Origin: the human T2T-CHM13v2.0 reference genome, Homo sapiens
DNA: 64,000 bases
Reading direction: 5' to 3' (one strand)
Assembly: GCF_009914755.1 (NCBI RefSeq)
Contig: NC_060929.1
A model generated the notes under the pieces. The model had not been told where the DNA came from, did not search any database, and saw only the letters and a list, made by a program, of their open reading frames with translations. Shown piece by piece: positions 1-12,866 of this stretch (position 1 is the stretch's first letter; each line of letters begins with the position of its first letter). Position numbers and translations under genes: made by a program.

Positions 1-1377
1 GTCTAACAACTAGCTTGTTTTCCTGAATTCAGGACTTTTTTTCTGACCATATCCATTAAGCACTACTTTAAAATTTGCTTTATTATTAGCCAAGGGCTTC
101 TAGTAAACACGTTTGCCTTCTTTAAAGGAGGAGTATCACAGACACTTAAGCCCTAAGTAATTGGGATATTTGTATAGCCTGAGTTTTATTCATGGAGATT
201 TACATTCAATTTCCATTAATCTTAATAGGAAGTCATTACCTAATTGGCATGGATGATTGATAATTCAGAATAATTCAAGATAGTGTTACCGCATTTGATA
301 TTTTCTGTTACAAATGTCAACAACACCCATTTAAAACTAAATATGCATCATGTTATCTATTCCCAGGTAATTCTCCACATGGGCAAAAGTTTACTTTGTA
401 GATAATTTTAAAATTAAAAAAAGAAACAGCATTGAACCCATTAAAGATGTTAAAATATCTTTAATAAGTAAAGCTATTTTAATACTCAGTTCTTATAATT
501 AAGAATTGCTGAATAGCCTGGAAAGTTATATAAGAAAAATATTCTTTGTGATATCTGAATATATATTTAAACAAGAAAAATAAATATTATTAGCATATGT
601 GAAATATAAAATTAACATAAAGCTTTGTTCTTAATATGAGATTTTTTAATGTCCTTAAGAATTTGTGTCATGTGTACCATTTTCAAATATATGATTGGGA
701 AACAGAAAATATAAATTTGAATTTAATTTGTAGGCTAAATATTAAGTGACCATATATACATAGGAATGTGAGTGTCAGTGTATGTTCATCTGTAAGTAGT
801 TACAGAAAAGTAAACAAGAATCACTGCAATGATAGAACCACTATATTCTAGTTTAATTATTTAATTTGTGTATTTAACATTTATATTTATGTATTTTTCA
901 ACCAATTTGTGCAAAATTAATTGTTAAATAATAATTAATAAAGTATATCCTACTTCCTATTTGCCACATATTCCATGCTGCAAAATTAGAATGCTATAAA
1001 GAAAAAGTATGTTCCTAGAAATAGTTATCAGATCTTTATATAATGCATATCAAATTATAACTAGTTGAAATAAGTACTGACCAAATTTCCAAATTTTAAA
1101 GCCATTTTAATGTTATAATGGAAATACATTAATTGTTTGTTATTATTCTGTCTTCTACAGACAACTTCATAAAAGGGCAATAAATAGAACTTACATTTAT
1201 CATTGTTTTTATTAGAAGAAACCCCAGCTATGATAATTATTCTACTTTTCAGATAAGACCTGTGATTGGGACCAAGAGACAGAGAAACAGATAAAAGTGA
1301 TAAAAATAAAAGTGATTGAAGCCTTCTAGGTCAAGATTTTCTCAAAAGTCAATGAACAGTCAGCTCACCTGATATTT

Positions 1378-1492
1378 TGTTTAAATGCAGATCTGACTCA
1401 GTAGGCCTGGAGTAGAGGATCTAAGATAATCTTCCTGTCACAATTCCAAATGATAATATTACTGATCTAAGGACAATACTTGAGTAGCAAGC
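1378..1492 (-). mobile_element. MER5A-like hAT-Charlie DNA transposon fragment
   Basis: aaatgcagatctgactcagtaggcctggag...aggacaatacttgagtagcaag resembles the recalled MER5A reverse-strand core. Confidence 0.65.
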
Positions 1493-3499
1493 CCATTCTT
1501 CCTAATTTTCCAAATACATAAATAAACTCAGCTAAATTTGATGATTCCCAAATACCATAAAATTGATCATGAGCAGACCCCAAACTATATCATATCATTT
1601 TTCTTGTATTAGCAATTTGTATACATTTTTATTTTTCTAAGTATCAATTACATTATTTTCTATGTCACAGCATTTATATTTTATTTAAATCAATTTAACT
1701 GGAACTAACTGAATCACTATTAGCGAATCTCTTAACCAAGTTTAATATTAGTGAAGGAAGAACAGTACATTAGGTAGAACATTGAAAACCCACAGGAGAA
1801 ATTAGAAATTAAACATTAAGTAGTGACTGGAGGAATATTGGGCTGTGGTAATGTGATACTTTATTTGAATCTGTAATACGGTTAGGTTAATTTGAAAATA
1901 CTTATTGTGTCTCAGTTCTAGTGTAATGATCCGATTCAACTGGCACAAAAAATTTCATTTGAATGTAATCTTTAAACCTTTGTACATATTTTCTCTTGTG
2001 AATTTAGTTAACCATGCCAAGTCATTGCAACAGAGTTCCCTACTGATATAGAGATTTTCTTTGGCCTGCAAATTAAGTTGTTTGTGACTTGGAGTAAGGT
2101 TCCTGCTAGGTCTGCCAGCTTGCTTTAAGCTAGAATGAAAATACATGAATGGTTGACTTATGTTGATGTAAACTGTAATTTGAATATGTTCCAATCTTTC
2201 CGAAAGCTTTCAGAATGTGTTGTAGTATGAAGTTGGATAATTATGTATTGTCTTCCACTAATAATAGTTATAAATTCAGCACATTTAAAAAGCCTGCATG
2301 AAAGTGTCAGTTTACAGAATGATATTTATATTAGCAAAAGTAATGCATTTCAAGGATAAAAACAAACAGTAAAGTAAGTGGAAATACAGCTACCTATTGG
2401 ATAGCTTCCTTCTGGGAGGAAATTTCCACTCATATTTTCACAGATCTTAAGGAAAATAGTAACCTGTCAGTCAAAAGTAATTGATGATCTATAGTACTTG
2501 GAACTGTTTATCAATGGGTTTGTTTACATGCCAACAAGTCTATATAAATAATATTAACTATATCATAGGAGACGACTTGGTTCATGGTGTCTCCTAAGTC
2601 ATACATTTTCACATTTTGCATGAGATGTAGAAATACATCACTGACAATAAGTAAAAATGAAAAAAAATTTCTCAAGGTCCCTTCCACTCCCCACTCTTGA
2701 CTTCTTAGGGCCCTATATTTGGTCCAGTTCTTCCATAACAGCCAATTTCTAGATTTGTCTAGTCTTTTCTCCCACCCAAAATGAGAGAGAACATTTGTCT
2801 TAAAATTTCAACTTGATCTTCTCTTGACACAACAATCTGTTCTAATGCATTGGGGATTCACATTTGTACATTTTTACCAATGACTGAGATGAAATTATGG
2901 AATACACAGTTGACAGAGACATAAAGTGCTGGGTTTAGGAACTAAAATATATAATATTTTCATTCAGTCAGCACATTTATACTATTTGTTTAAGATATTC
3001 AAAACACTGTGCTTGATAGGATGGAAATGGTAGTGGCATAGATGATATTTTACATTTTTCAAACTTAGAAAAACAATAATAATCACATAAATTTTAGGCA
3101 TCTTGAAAATCCATTGGACAGTACTGTATATTTTAATGTGAGATGTTTTGGGAATCTATAAATTATAACACATAAGTGACTATAAGTTTTGTCTATGTAT
3201 GAAACTATATCTGTGGGAAAGTAAAAGGCAGGGCTGTGTTAAGTCAGATGTTTCACTCTATGCATTTTAGTATTACAACTTTGTGTGAGAGAATGCAAGT
3301 GCATTTACTCTGGGACTAGTTCAGAACCAAATGAAACATAGTATCTTTGGAAATCTGAAAAATGCATATTCAGTTATGTCTGAAGCATTTATATTTTAAT
3401 ATTGCTAGGATCCAAGAGGACTCCAAATGAATCGTTGGTTACGTAAAATCAATCTAAGATTCTGAGTTAGGAAAATGTACTCAGAACCAATTGTACAAG

Positions 3500-3603
3500 C
3501 ACACACAGATGTGTACACACACACACACACACAGACACACAGAGGAATGCAGATGTACACACACACATACAGACACACACACACACAGAGGCACGCATAC
3601 ACA
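3500..3603. repeat. Interrupted (CA)n microsatellite
   Basis: Several CA runs separated by short spacers; explains the overlapping HT/CV-rich ORFs. Confidence 0.95.
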
Positions 3604-4185
3604 TTCTGGTCGTTGTTTTCGTTTGTTTTTCCCCAAACCTCACAATGGACAAAATGATAAAAGCATGTTAGAGCTAAAATAGGTGAACTTTTAGATAAGT
3701 TAGCAGCAAATAAGAAACTGCCCAACAGCATAATTGGGCCCTTAATGCCATTGGCAACATTTCTGAACATCTAATAATTATACACTTGAACCTCTTTCTA
3801 GAGTTCAACATGAAGTTAAAGCTCACCTCAGGGCTTATTAAAAACTTATGCTTAGTCAAATCTTAACTTTTCCTGCATGGCTAGGAGGAACACTGATTTA
3901 CTTAACCCTGTAATCTCTCATCTCAGCTGCAATATTCTTTATACTGGCTTGTTCCACTAAGAGGGGAATCATGTCATACTGATCTAAATTGACTTGTGCC
4001 TATGTCTGCTCCAATTTTGCCACAAGCAGAACCACAATATAGTATCACTTTATTAGAATTTATTTTCTTTTCAGTTACATCACATAAGTTATTCTCTCTA
4101 GATAGACAGATTTAGAGACAGAGAAAGAATAACTTCTGTGATATAACTGAAAAGCAAATAAATACTAATAAATACTTGTTATCAA

Positions 4186-4200
4186 ATATATATGTGTGTG

Positions 4201-4234
<34 letters not shown>
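4186..4234. repeat. (TA)n microsatellite with short (TG) lead
   Basis: About 15 TA units at 4205-4234. Confidence 0.95.
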
Positions 4235-4237
<3 letters not shown>

Positions 4238-5130
4238 CACTTTGTTGTATTTTAAACTCTTAATTCAGTAGCTAATTCAAAAAATGTCTCTTAAGATAGA
4301 TTGCCACTATTTTAATTAATATTTCTTGGTGTAACAGCTTTCTATTTAGCTGCAAAATTTTATTCTAATTACATTCTTTCCAAGAAGCTATGTAAATTAT
4401 TGGCAGATTTAATACTCTCAGCCTGCATCTTCTCTCCCATTGAAAGATTTCTGGAGTTTACGTACAATTAATTACTAGCAACCATATCTTTGTGTATGTG
4501 ATTCAGAATTTTGTAATGTTGGAGACATCCCCTGCCTTTAAAAGAAAATCCAGAAGAAAGACTGTTTTTCAATTTTTCCTTTTTCTTAACCTCTATCTCT
4601 GACTGCAGGTTAACTTCATTTAGGAGGAAGAATTGAACTTTAGGGAAAAAAACTTAATTCTATACAATGGTTTCACTGATGACTATATATCAAAGACCAG
4701 ATTTCAAATAGGCACACAGTCCTTACCTTCTCTGTGGCCCGGTTGTACATCAGTACAATCACAAACTCCTACCTTCTTTATTCCAATTTATGTCATATGT
4801 GACTCCTTTCCCTTTGAACTCAATCATACTATTCCTTTCTGTTGTCGTTGTTATTGTTCAACAGTTTTCCATTACCCTATTCTAGTTAATTTCTTGCCAG
4901 CCTACTAGAAATTAATTTATGACAGGTTAGCCAGAATTTAATTAGAATAGAATATAACTAAATTAATTAATTTGTACGATCTCTTAAAAACTAAACATAT
5001 TTAGAGCAAAAGGTTTCAGTAAACATTTGCTAAATGAACTTCTCATTTATCATAAAATAATAGCATTTCTCTATCAGTATTCCTAATATATGGACACACT
5101 ACAATGTATTGCCAATTATAATAAAGCTAT

Positions 5131-5694
<564 letters not shown>

Positions 5695-6419
5695 TCACCT
5701 TTAGTTAGTTCTTTGGGAAACTAAGAATGGAGCAGACATGTGTCATGGATAAAGTCAAGTTTAGTAACCGAGAGTGAAAAAGGCACAGGTCACAAATAAT
5801 AGTAACGTTTCAACAGGTTGAATAGAATGTGAAATAAAAATATGGGAATATAGGCAGGAACTGAATTTGAGTTATGTGTAATTGAAACAAAATGGAAAAG
5901 GAAATTGGCAGAATCATTAGACTGGGGGGTATTTCCCAACTGCTGCTACACAGATTGCAGCAGAGCGGGAATGAGAGAACTGTTATAAACAGCCTAGAAA
6001 ATAAATGTATAGTAACTTAATCAATATCATAAATCCCTTTTGCCAAAAAGACAACTCTCTTTTAGACAGAATGATCCAATTTTAATATAATTCAGCTGAG
6101 GGGATACAGAATAGTATATCATAATTACTATTTTGTAATAACATCAAAAACAGTTCAAATAGTACATTATACATTTCCTTTTGCTTTTTTTCTCATGTTA
6201 AATCTGCTTTTGAGTGACAGATATCTACCTTTTTATACATTTATCTTTGTTATTGTTGAAGTTGGCTTTGCATATATTTACCACATATTATGAAATTCCT
6301 ATCTCAGAGCTTTACAACGAATCCCATTAAATTAAACAAGAATAAAAACTATGTATTTTAAATACTGTGTGTTTAAAATAATAAAATAATGAAAAGAATA
6401 CAAGCTATGTATTTTAACA

Positions 6420-6566
6420 CTGTGCTGTGTGCCAGTAGCTGCTCCCTGTCTGTTACTTGTATCAATCCATTTGATTCCCACTACAGTTCAATAGAAAACA
6501 AATGAAGGGTGAGGACAAAGGCAATTTGGCTTTAGAGCTCATGTTCTTGATCATTCTGCCACTCTA
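6420..6566 (-). mobile_element. Degenerate MIR fragment
   Basis: tgtgtgccag...tccatttgattccca...tggctttagagctcatgttcttgatcattctgcc resembles reverse MIR. Confidence 0.45.
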
Positions 6567-8154
6567 GTAAACGAATAAAATGGGAGCTTGATGATGAACA
6601 CAGAAATTAAAATATTATTGTGGAATCGTTCATGAACTGAGAAGTAATTTAAAGACAGCTCATTTTATTTCATACTATCCTTCTTTTATGTTTTTACTCT
6701 ATTAAGTACATTTTATATAGGCAATAAAATGAACCAGAAGAGAGTTATTTGGGTATTTTTAAGTGGGAAGGCCAGGACCACTCCTCCACACCAAAGTAGC
6801 ACACTCACAGTCCAAACGCCACTCACCTTGGCATGGACATGCTTGAAAATGAATTTAAATTAAATTCATTTAATTGTTTATGAATGAATTTAGCTCATTC
6901 CTGCTCTAGAGAGAGCAAAAGTAATTGTGTTGCATTTCAGTGTATTATTAAAAGAGGATAAATGTAACACACCATACCTAGTGGCACTGGTCTGTGGCCA
7001 GGACACACAATTGTAATAAAGTTCCCTTTCTTCCAATAATTCACAGTCACTTTCTTCCTCAATTATAACACATCAGGAAGGAGAGCTTTTTCCCAACTGG
7101 TTACTTTTTTTACGGGATTAAGTGAGAGAGATGATGAAATAATAAATACTAAGTCAATTCCTGTATCTTACTAGGAGAGGAAAGCTTAATCAATCAAAAT
7201 AATCTTTTCTCTTTCTGAGATATTTTAAATTAATGCATGCCAAAATTTAGGTGTAGCACAGACGGAGTTATTCTTTTCTCTTCGTTTAAAGAGGAGAATA
7301 TCATATAATATAACCAAATGACCAAATTCAGTTTGACATTTGTTTCATCCTTTTTATCTGAATACTAAGTTTAAATAATGGCAAACGGGTTTTTAAGATA
7401 TTTTGTGTTGAAAAATGTTTAATTACTAAAACCTATCATTTAAAATATTGCATTGATATAGAGTATTTCCATTTAATGTTTTGATGGTTTAAGATTATTT
7501 ATCTTTTAAATATCTTGTTCGCCTTTGTTTTCTAAAACATGGTGAAATCAAAAAGAGTACATTTCCATGGAGGACATATGCAAAAAGATAATTAACCATG
7601 ATGTAGAGGGAAAACAAGTTGCACAAAAATTATACTCCCTAATGTTGCCTCATTTATTTTAAATAAGTACTTACTTTCTGAATAAAGTACAACATACAAA
7701 AACAGAAAACCATAAGAAAATAACAAAAAAAACTATAAGATATGGTAAATGAGAAATACATTTCTGCATCCTTAAATGCTGAAAAAGCCAAATTCTGTTT
7801 ATTTTACAAATATATTTTTACTTATTTGTGATATTTTTAGTTTTTAAAGCTGTCAAAAAACGTTTCAGTAACTGCAAAGAGACTTCCACAACATGTGAAG
7901 AATAACTTAGAGCTAAATGATATAATACAGGCAATATGTAATACAGAAGCACACCTCTGTTGAGCTCCAGAAAGTAATATGTTTGGAGGAATCAATCTTT
8001 GATGAACAGGCATCCAGAAAAAAGATATTAAAGTGACTGTTTTGTTTTATAGTTATTTGTTTTTGTTTTTGTCAATTCCTCACAAGCTGTGTTCCAATAT
8101 AATTAAAACCAATATGAGAGGATTTCAAAATACTAACTAAATAAAAGTATTTCA

Positions 8155-9112
8155 TTGTAATCTTTGATATCAGTTGTAATGTCTCCTTTTTCCTTCTCGG
8201 ATTTTATTTGTGTTTTCTCTTTTATCTCAATCAGTCTAGCTAAAGATTTGCTTATTCTGTATGTCTTTTCAAAAAAACAATTTCTGTTACTTCGTTCTTT
8301 TGTATTGTTTCTAGTCTATAGCTCATTTATTTCTGATCTCATCTTTGTTTTTTTTCCTTTTACCTATTTGTGAGTTTAGATTGTTCTTGTTTTTCTAGTC
8401 CCATAATGTTAGGTTATTTATTTGAGATCTTTCTACTTTTTTGATGCAGGCATTTATTGCTATAAACGTTCTTCTTAGAACTGCTTTTTCTGTATCTCAT
8501 AGACTCTATTATGTTGTGTTTCCATTTTCATTTGTCTAAAATAATTTTTTTACATATACTTTGTAAATTTGTTTATTGATCCATTGGTTGTTCATGAAAA
8601 TGTTGTTTCACGTCCATGTATTTGTATAGTTTCCCAAATTAATCTTATTAATTTCTAGTTACATTCCTTTTTGGTCAGGCTTGCTATGACTTTTATTTTT
8701 AAAATGTATTACGACTTGTTTTGTGGCCTAACATATGGTCTTTCCTAGAGTTGGTTCAATGTGCTGTTGAGAAAATGTGTATTCTGCAGCTGTTGGGTGG
8801 AATGTTCTGTAAATGTTTGTGAGGTCCACTTGGTCTAAAGTCCAGTTTAACTCCAACATTTGTTAATTTTCTGTCAAGCTAATCTTTCCATTGCTAAAAG
8901 TGGGGTGTTGATGCTCCTTATTATTATTGTATTGAAGTTAAACTCTCCCTTTAGGTCTTTTAAAATTTGTTTTATATATTTAGATGTTCCAGTATGAAAT
9001 TCAAGTATGTTTACAATTGTTCTATCACCTTGCTGTATTGGCTCTTTTATCATTATGTAAAGACTTTTTTTAATATTTTATCATCTTTAACTTAATGTCC
9101 ATTTTATCTAGT
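8155..9112 (-). mobile_element. L1M/L1MA ORF2 fragment (endonuclease and adjacent region), antisense
   Basis: gagaaaatgtgtattctgcagctgttgggtggaatgttctgtaaatg, gtggggtgttga and similar motifs typical of reverse-complement L1 ORF2. Confidence 0.85.
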
Positions 9113-9460
9113 ATAAAACAGAATAAAATCCAGTCATTTGAAGCAAAATAGATAAACTTGGAAGACATTATTTTAAGTGAAATAAGCCAGTCACAAGAAG
9201 ACAAACACTGCATGAGCATATGAAAACACTGCATATGTAGTAGGCTGATTTTAGCAAATACAATGTATTGTATATTTCAATTCAGAAGAGCATATATGTA
9301 ATTTGATTACCACAGAGAGATGATAGATGTTTAAAGTGATGGATATGACAAATACCATCACTTGATCATCATACAGTGTATGCATACACTGAAACTTCAC
9401 GGTGGACCCCAGAAATACATACAATTTGTACGTCAATCACAAATAAAAATAATTAATACA
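9113..9460 (+). mobile_element. L1MA-type 3' end with internal deletion
   Basis: gtcatttgaagcaaaatagataaacttggaagacattattttaagtgaaataagccag...gtgatggatatg...cttgatcatcatacagtgtatgcat, then AATAAA and A-rich tail. Confidence 0.8.
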
Positions 9461-11546
9461 AGAAGCATTTTTATACCTTTTCTTACAGAGCTCCAAAAAA
9501 ATAAGTGTTCCAGTAATGAAATCATGAATCGAAGATTTTCAAATTCAAAAGGGAAAACTTGCTTTTAGAGTCCACCACTCATATTTGAAAAAGCATATTT
9601 TTAATATTGCCTTTTCACTAGGAAGGCCAATAATATTTCAAATTTCTATTATAAGATGGATTGAATAATCTAGGAAAATACAATTTGATATTAAAGCTAT
9701 CAGGAAAATGTGTCATCTGTTATGAACTTTTATAATAGGTTTTAACTAAAGTTAGTTTGGATGCACCCAATTAGTAAGACACAATGTATCAATATTAGCC
9801 TCAGGCAATAGAGAAAACTGGACATCCTACATATAAAAATGTGCTAAGTCAGTAAAATGCAAATAGTACACGTCAAGCAGCATCTACTAATTAGACGAGA
9901 GCTGACATGGGACAATAAGTGAGGAAGAGAACCTTTTAAATTTCAGTGACAATTCAGGAAGACACAGTTACTAACAGGGTCATTTAGAGCTGCATTTAGT
10001 TTCACAGATGTATAAATTGTAAGACCATTTTACTTTGATGTCACCAACATAGTATAGCACAGATTACATAAAATACTCAAAGGCATTTTCTCATAATGTA
10101 TTGATTGGTCTTGTTTAAAATAAGCATTTAATTCCTAGTGCATTTCATTATGATTGTCCAAATTGTGGGTTAACAAAGCACTGTGGTTTCTTCTGAATTA
10201 TTTTTTGATCATTTTACTGATCACTGGGACTTCCACCAAAATACAAGACTATTTACATTCATGTTCTAAGTGTGTAGAAGGCTCTACCTTAAAAAAATAA
10301 TTTTACTGATGAATTAAGAAAAATGCTTATTTTGGGCAAGTTTAATTATACTTTTTAAATTTAAATATATTTTGTAGTGAGAAAGGAAAATTTAGCTGTG
10401 TAAGGAAATACGCCAAGAAAGCTGTGAAATTTTAGGTTAAGAATTTCAAATTAGAAAAAATCTTGATGTAATTTCTTACAAATTTTCAAAAATTAATAAG
10501 ATATAAAGGGTACAAACAATGATTGAGTTCAGAATAGTAAATGACTTTGGTCATTCAGAATTCAGGACTGACTAAGTTAAAACAAATATAGAACAGTATC
10601 AGAGAAAACTGTTAAAAAACATAAGACAAAAAGTGATTTCTGGTTGCAGGTCAAACATGTAAATAGCTTGGAAGTTTTCATTTCTTTATCACAAGATAAA
10701 AGCTGACCATGCTGAAAATCAACTCTTGTTAGATCAATCAGAGAAATGAGGTAACAGGTCAAACTGCTCTCTGAAAACTGGAGACAGCATCAGGCCAAGA
10801 ATCTCAGCTTAATAGGAGCGGAAACCCACAACTGGGACTAATACACGTAGAAATATTTACACAATAATTGACTAACTTTTGGACCCTCAGTGTGGACTAG
10901 CTTGAGAACTAATAACCATATGGTTCCAGCCTTAAGAGGGCCCCCACACTTTTGTGAGATTTACCTCTAGGAACTCGACCAGGTTCTCAGGGCGAGTATC
11001 TGAGAAAAATTTCTTTAACCAACCTGGGGGACAGGAGTACTCAACTCCAGCCTCTCCTAGCCTTCCTGTCTCACCGAAGTCTGGGAAAAGGGGAGAAGCA
11101 CTTGTAAAAAACACAGCCTAGGATCACAGGCTCACTAAAAACTGAAACACAATCACATGAGTATATAAAATGTTTTCTATCTCCACGTTACCACCACAAC
11201 AATCGGGTTCCTGTATAGTAATAGTGGATTACCTCTAAACGAACCTCAATGCTCAGTCCTTATTTTTTTAAAAAATCAGGAAAACCCCAAGGTAATAGGA
11301 GAAAATGAAACAAAGGCACTAGTGGACATTTTAGTCCCTAACATCTACCACTATAGAGGACATAGCTCAACTCCTAGCCAGATAACACAAACTGTTACAC
11401 TAAAGGCCTGTTTGGCTCAGTTTCATTTACTAGATAATCATGTCAAGCTTTCAACATAAAAATTACAAGACATTCTAAAAGGGGGAAAAAATAGTTTGAA
11501 GAGACAAAGCAAGCAACAGAACCAGACTCACAGATGGTAAGGGATC

Positions 11547-12150
11547 TATGATGGTTAATATTAGGCATCAACTTGACTGGATTGAGGGATGCTTAGATGA
11601 CTGGTGAAGAATTGTTTCTGGCTGTGGCTATAAGGGTGCTTCCAGAGGAGACTGACATGTATGTCAGTGGACTGGAGGGGAAGACCTGCTTTCAGTAGCA
11701 GGTACTATGGAATCAGCTGCTGGAAATGCTAGAACAAAGCAAGTGGAGGAAGGAGGATATTCAGTTTGCTGAGCTTTCTCTCTCCCTTCTGAAAGGGGAC
11801 ACTTTTTCTCCTTTTGTCATTGGACATCAGACTCCAGGTTCTTTAGCCTGTGGCCTCTGAAATTTGCCCCAGTGACCTCCCAGGGTCTCTCAAGCCTTTG
11901 ACCTCAGAATGTGGCCTGTAGTGTGGGCTCCCCTGGTTTTGAGGCTATCAGACTTGGACTGAGCCACGATATCGGGCTTTGTCATGCCCCAGCTTGCAGA
12001 CAGTCTATTGTGGGACTTTACTTTTGTAATAGTGTGAGCCAATTCTTCCTAATAAACTCCCTACTCCTTTACTTTTGTTATAGTATAAGCCAATTCTTCC
12101 TAATATGCATTCTACTGGCTCTATCCCTCTGGAGAGACCTGACTAATAGA
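11547..12150 (+). mobile_element. MLT2A/B solo LTR (ERVL)
   Basis: tatgatggttaatattaggcatcaacttgactggattgagggatgc ... cctgactaataga termini; AATAAA at 12051. Confidence 0.85.
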
Positions 12151-12841
12151 GAAAGAGGCTCTAATAGGCTCTAATAAAAAAAGTTGACAACATGAAAATA
12201 AAAGACAGGTAATGTAATCAAAGATATTAATGCTCTAAGAAAGAATCAAAAGAAAATCATAAAAGTCAAAGAGGATGAAGCAGAATGAATACTGTATTTG
12301 ATGGTATCATCAGTAGACTGGACATGGCTGAAGAAAAAAATCAGTGAGCTGGAAGATACATCAATAAAAACTTCTCTAACTAAAAACAAAGAGAAAAAAA
12401 AGAAAAAAAATAGAAACCAGAATATCTAGAAAGAGAAGTAACTACAAAGTGTAACATACATATAATGAGAATATTTAAAATGAAGAAGAAAAAGACCAGG
12501 AAAGATTTGAAGTAAAATTGGCTCAGAATGACAATTACCAAACCACTGACCCAAGAAGCTCAAAACAAACCAAGTGGGATAAATAACAAAAAAATTGAAT
12601 CTTGGGATATAATACTCTGATTACAGAAAATCAAAGACATAAATAAAAAAATTAAAGAAGCCATACTTTACCTGTAGAGGAACAAGGATAAGAATTACAT
12701 TGGACTTATCAGAAACTGTGTAAACAAGAGGAGAGGAAAATAAAATATTAAAAGTGTTAAAAAAAAACCTAGCAACCAAGAACTGTGTGTCCAGTGAAAT
12801 TTTCCCTCAGAAATAAAGGAGAAATAAAGACTTTCTCAGGC

Positions 12842-12866
12842 AAAAAAAAAAAAAAAAAAAAAAAAA
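12842..12866. repeat. Poly(A)25 homopolymer within L1MC ORF1 remnant
   Basis: Uninterrupted A run. Confidence 0.95.

Noticed and set aside
3405-3770. Overlapping ORFs rich in CV/HT
   Set aside because: Translations of a (CA)n microsatellite; the same applies to 38292-38681
4570-4908. Polypyrimidine tract plus ctgcag acceptor-like site before a 91-aa ORF
   Set aside because: No convincing donor or partner exons, TTG start, no recognisable protein; would need RNA-seq
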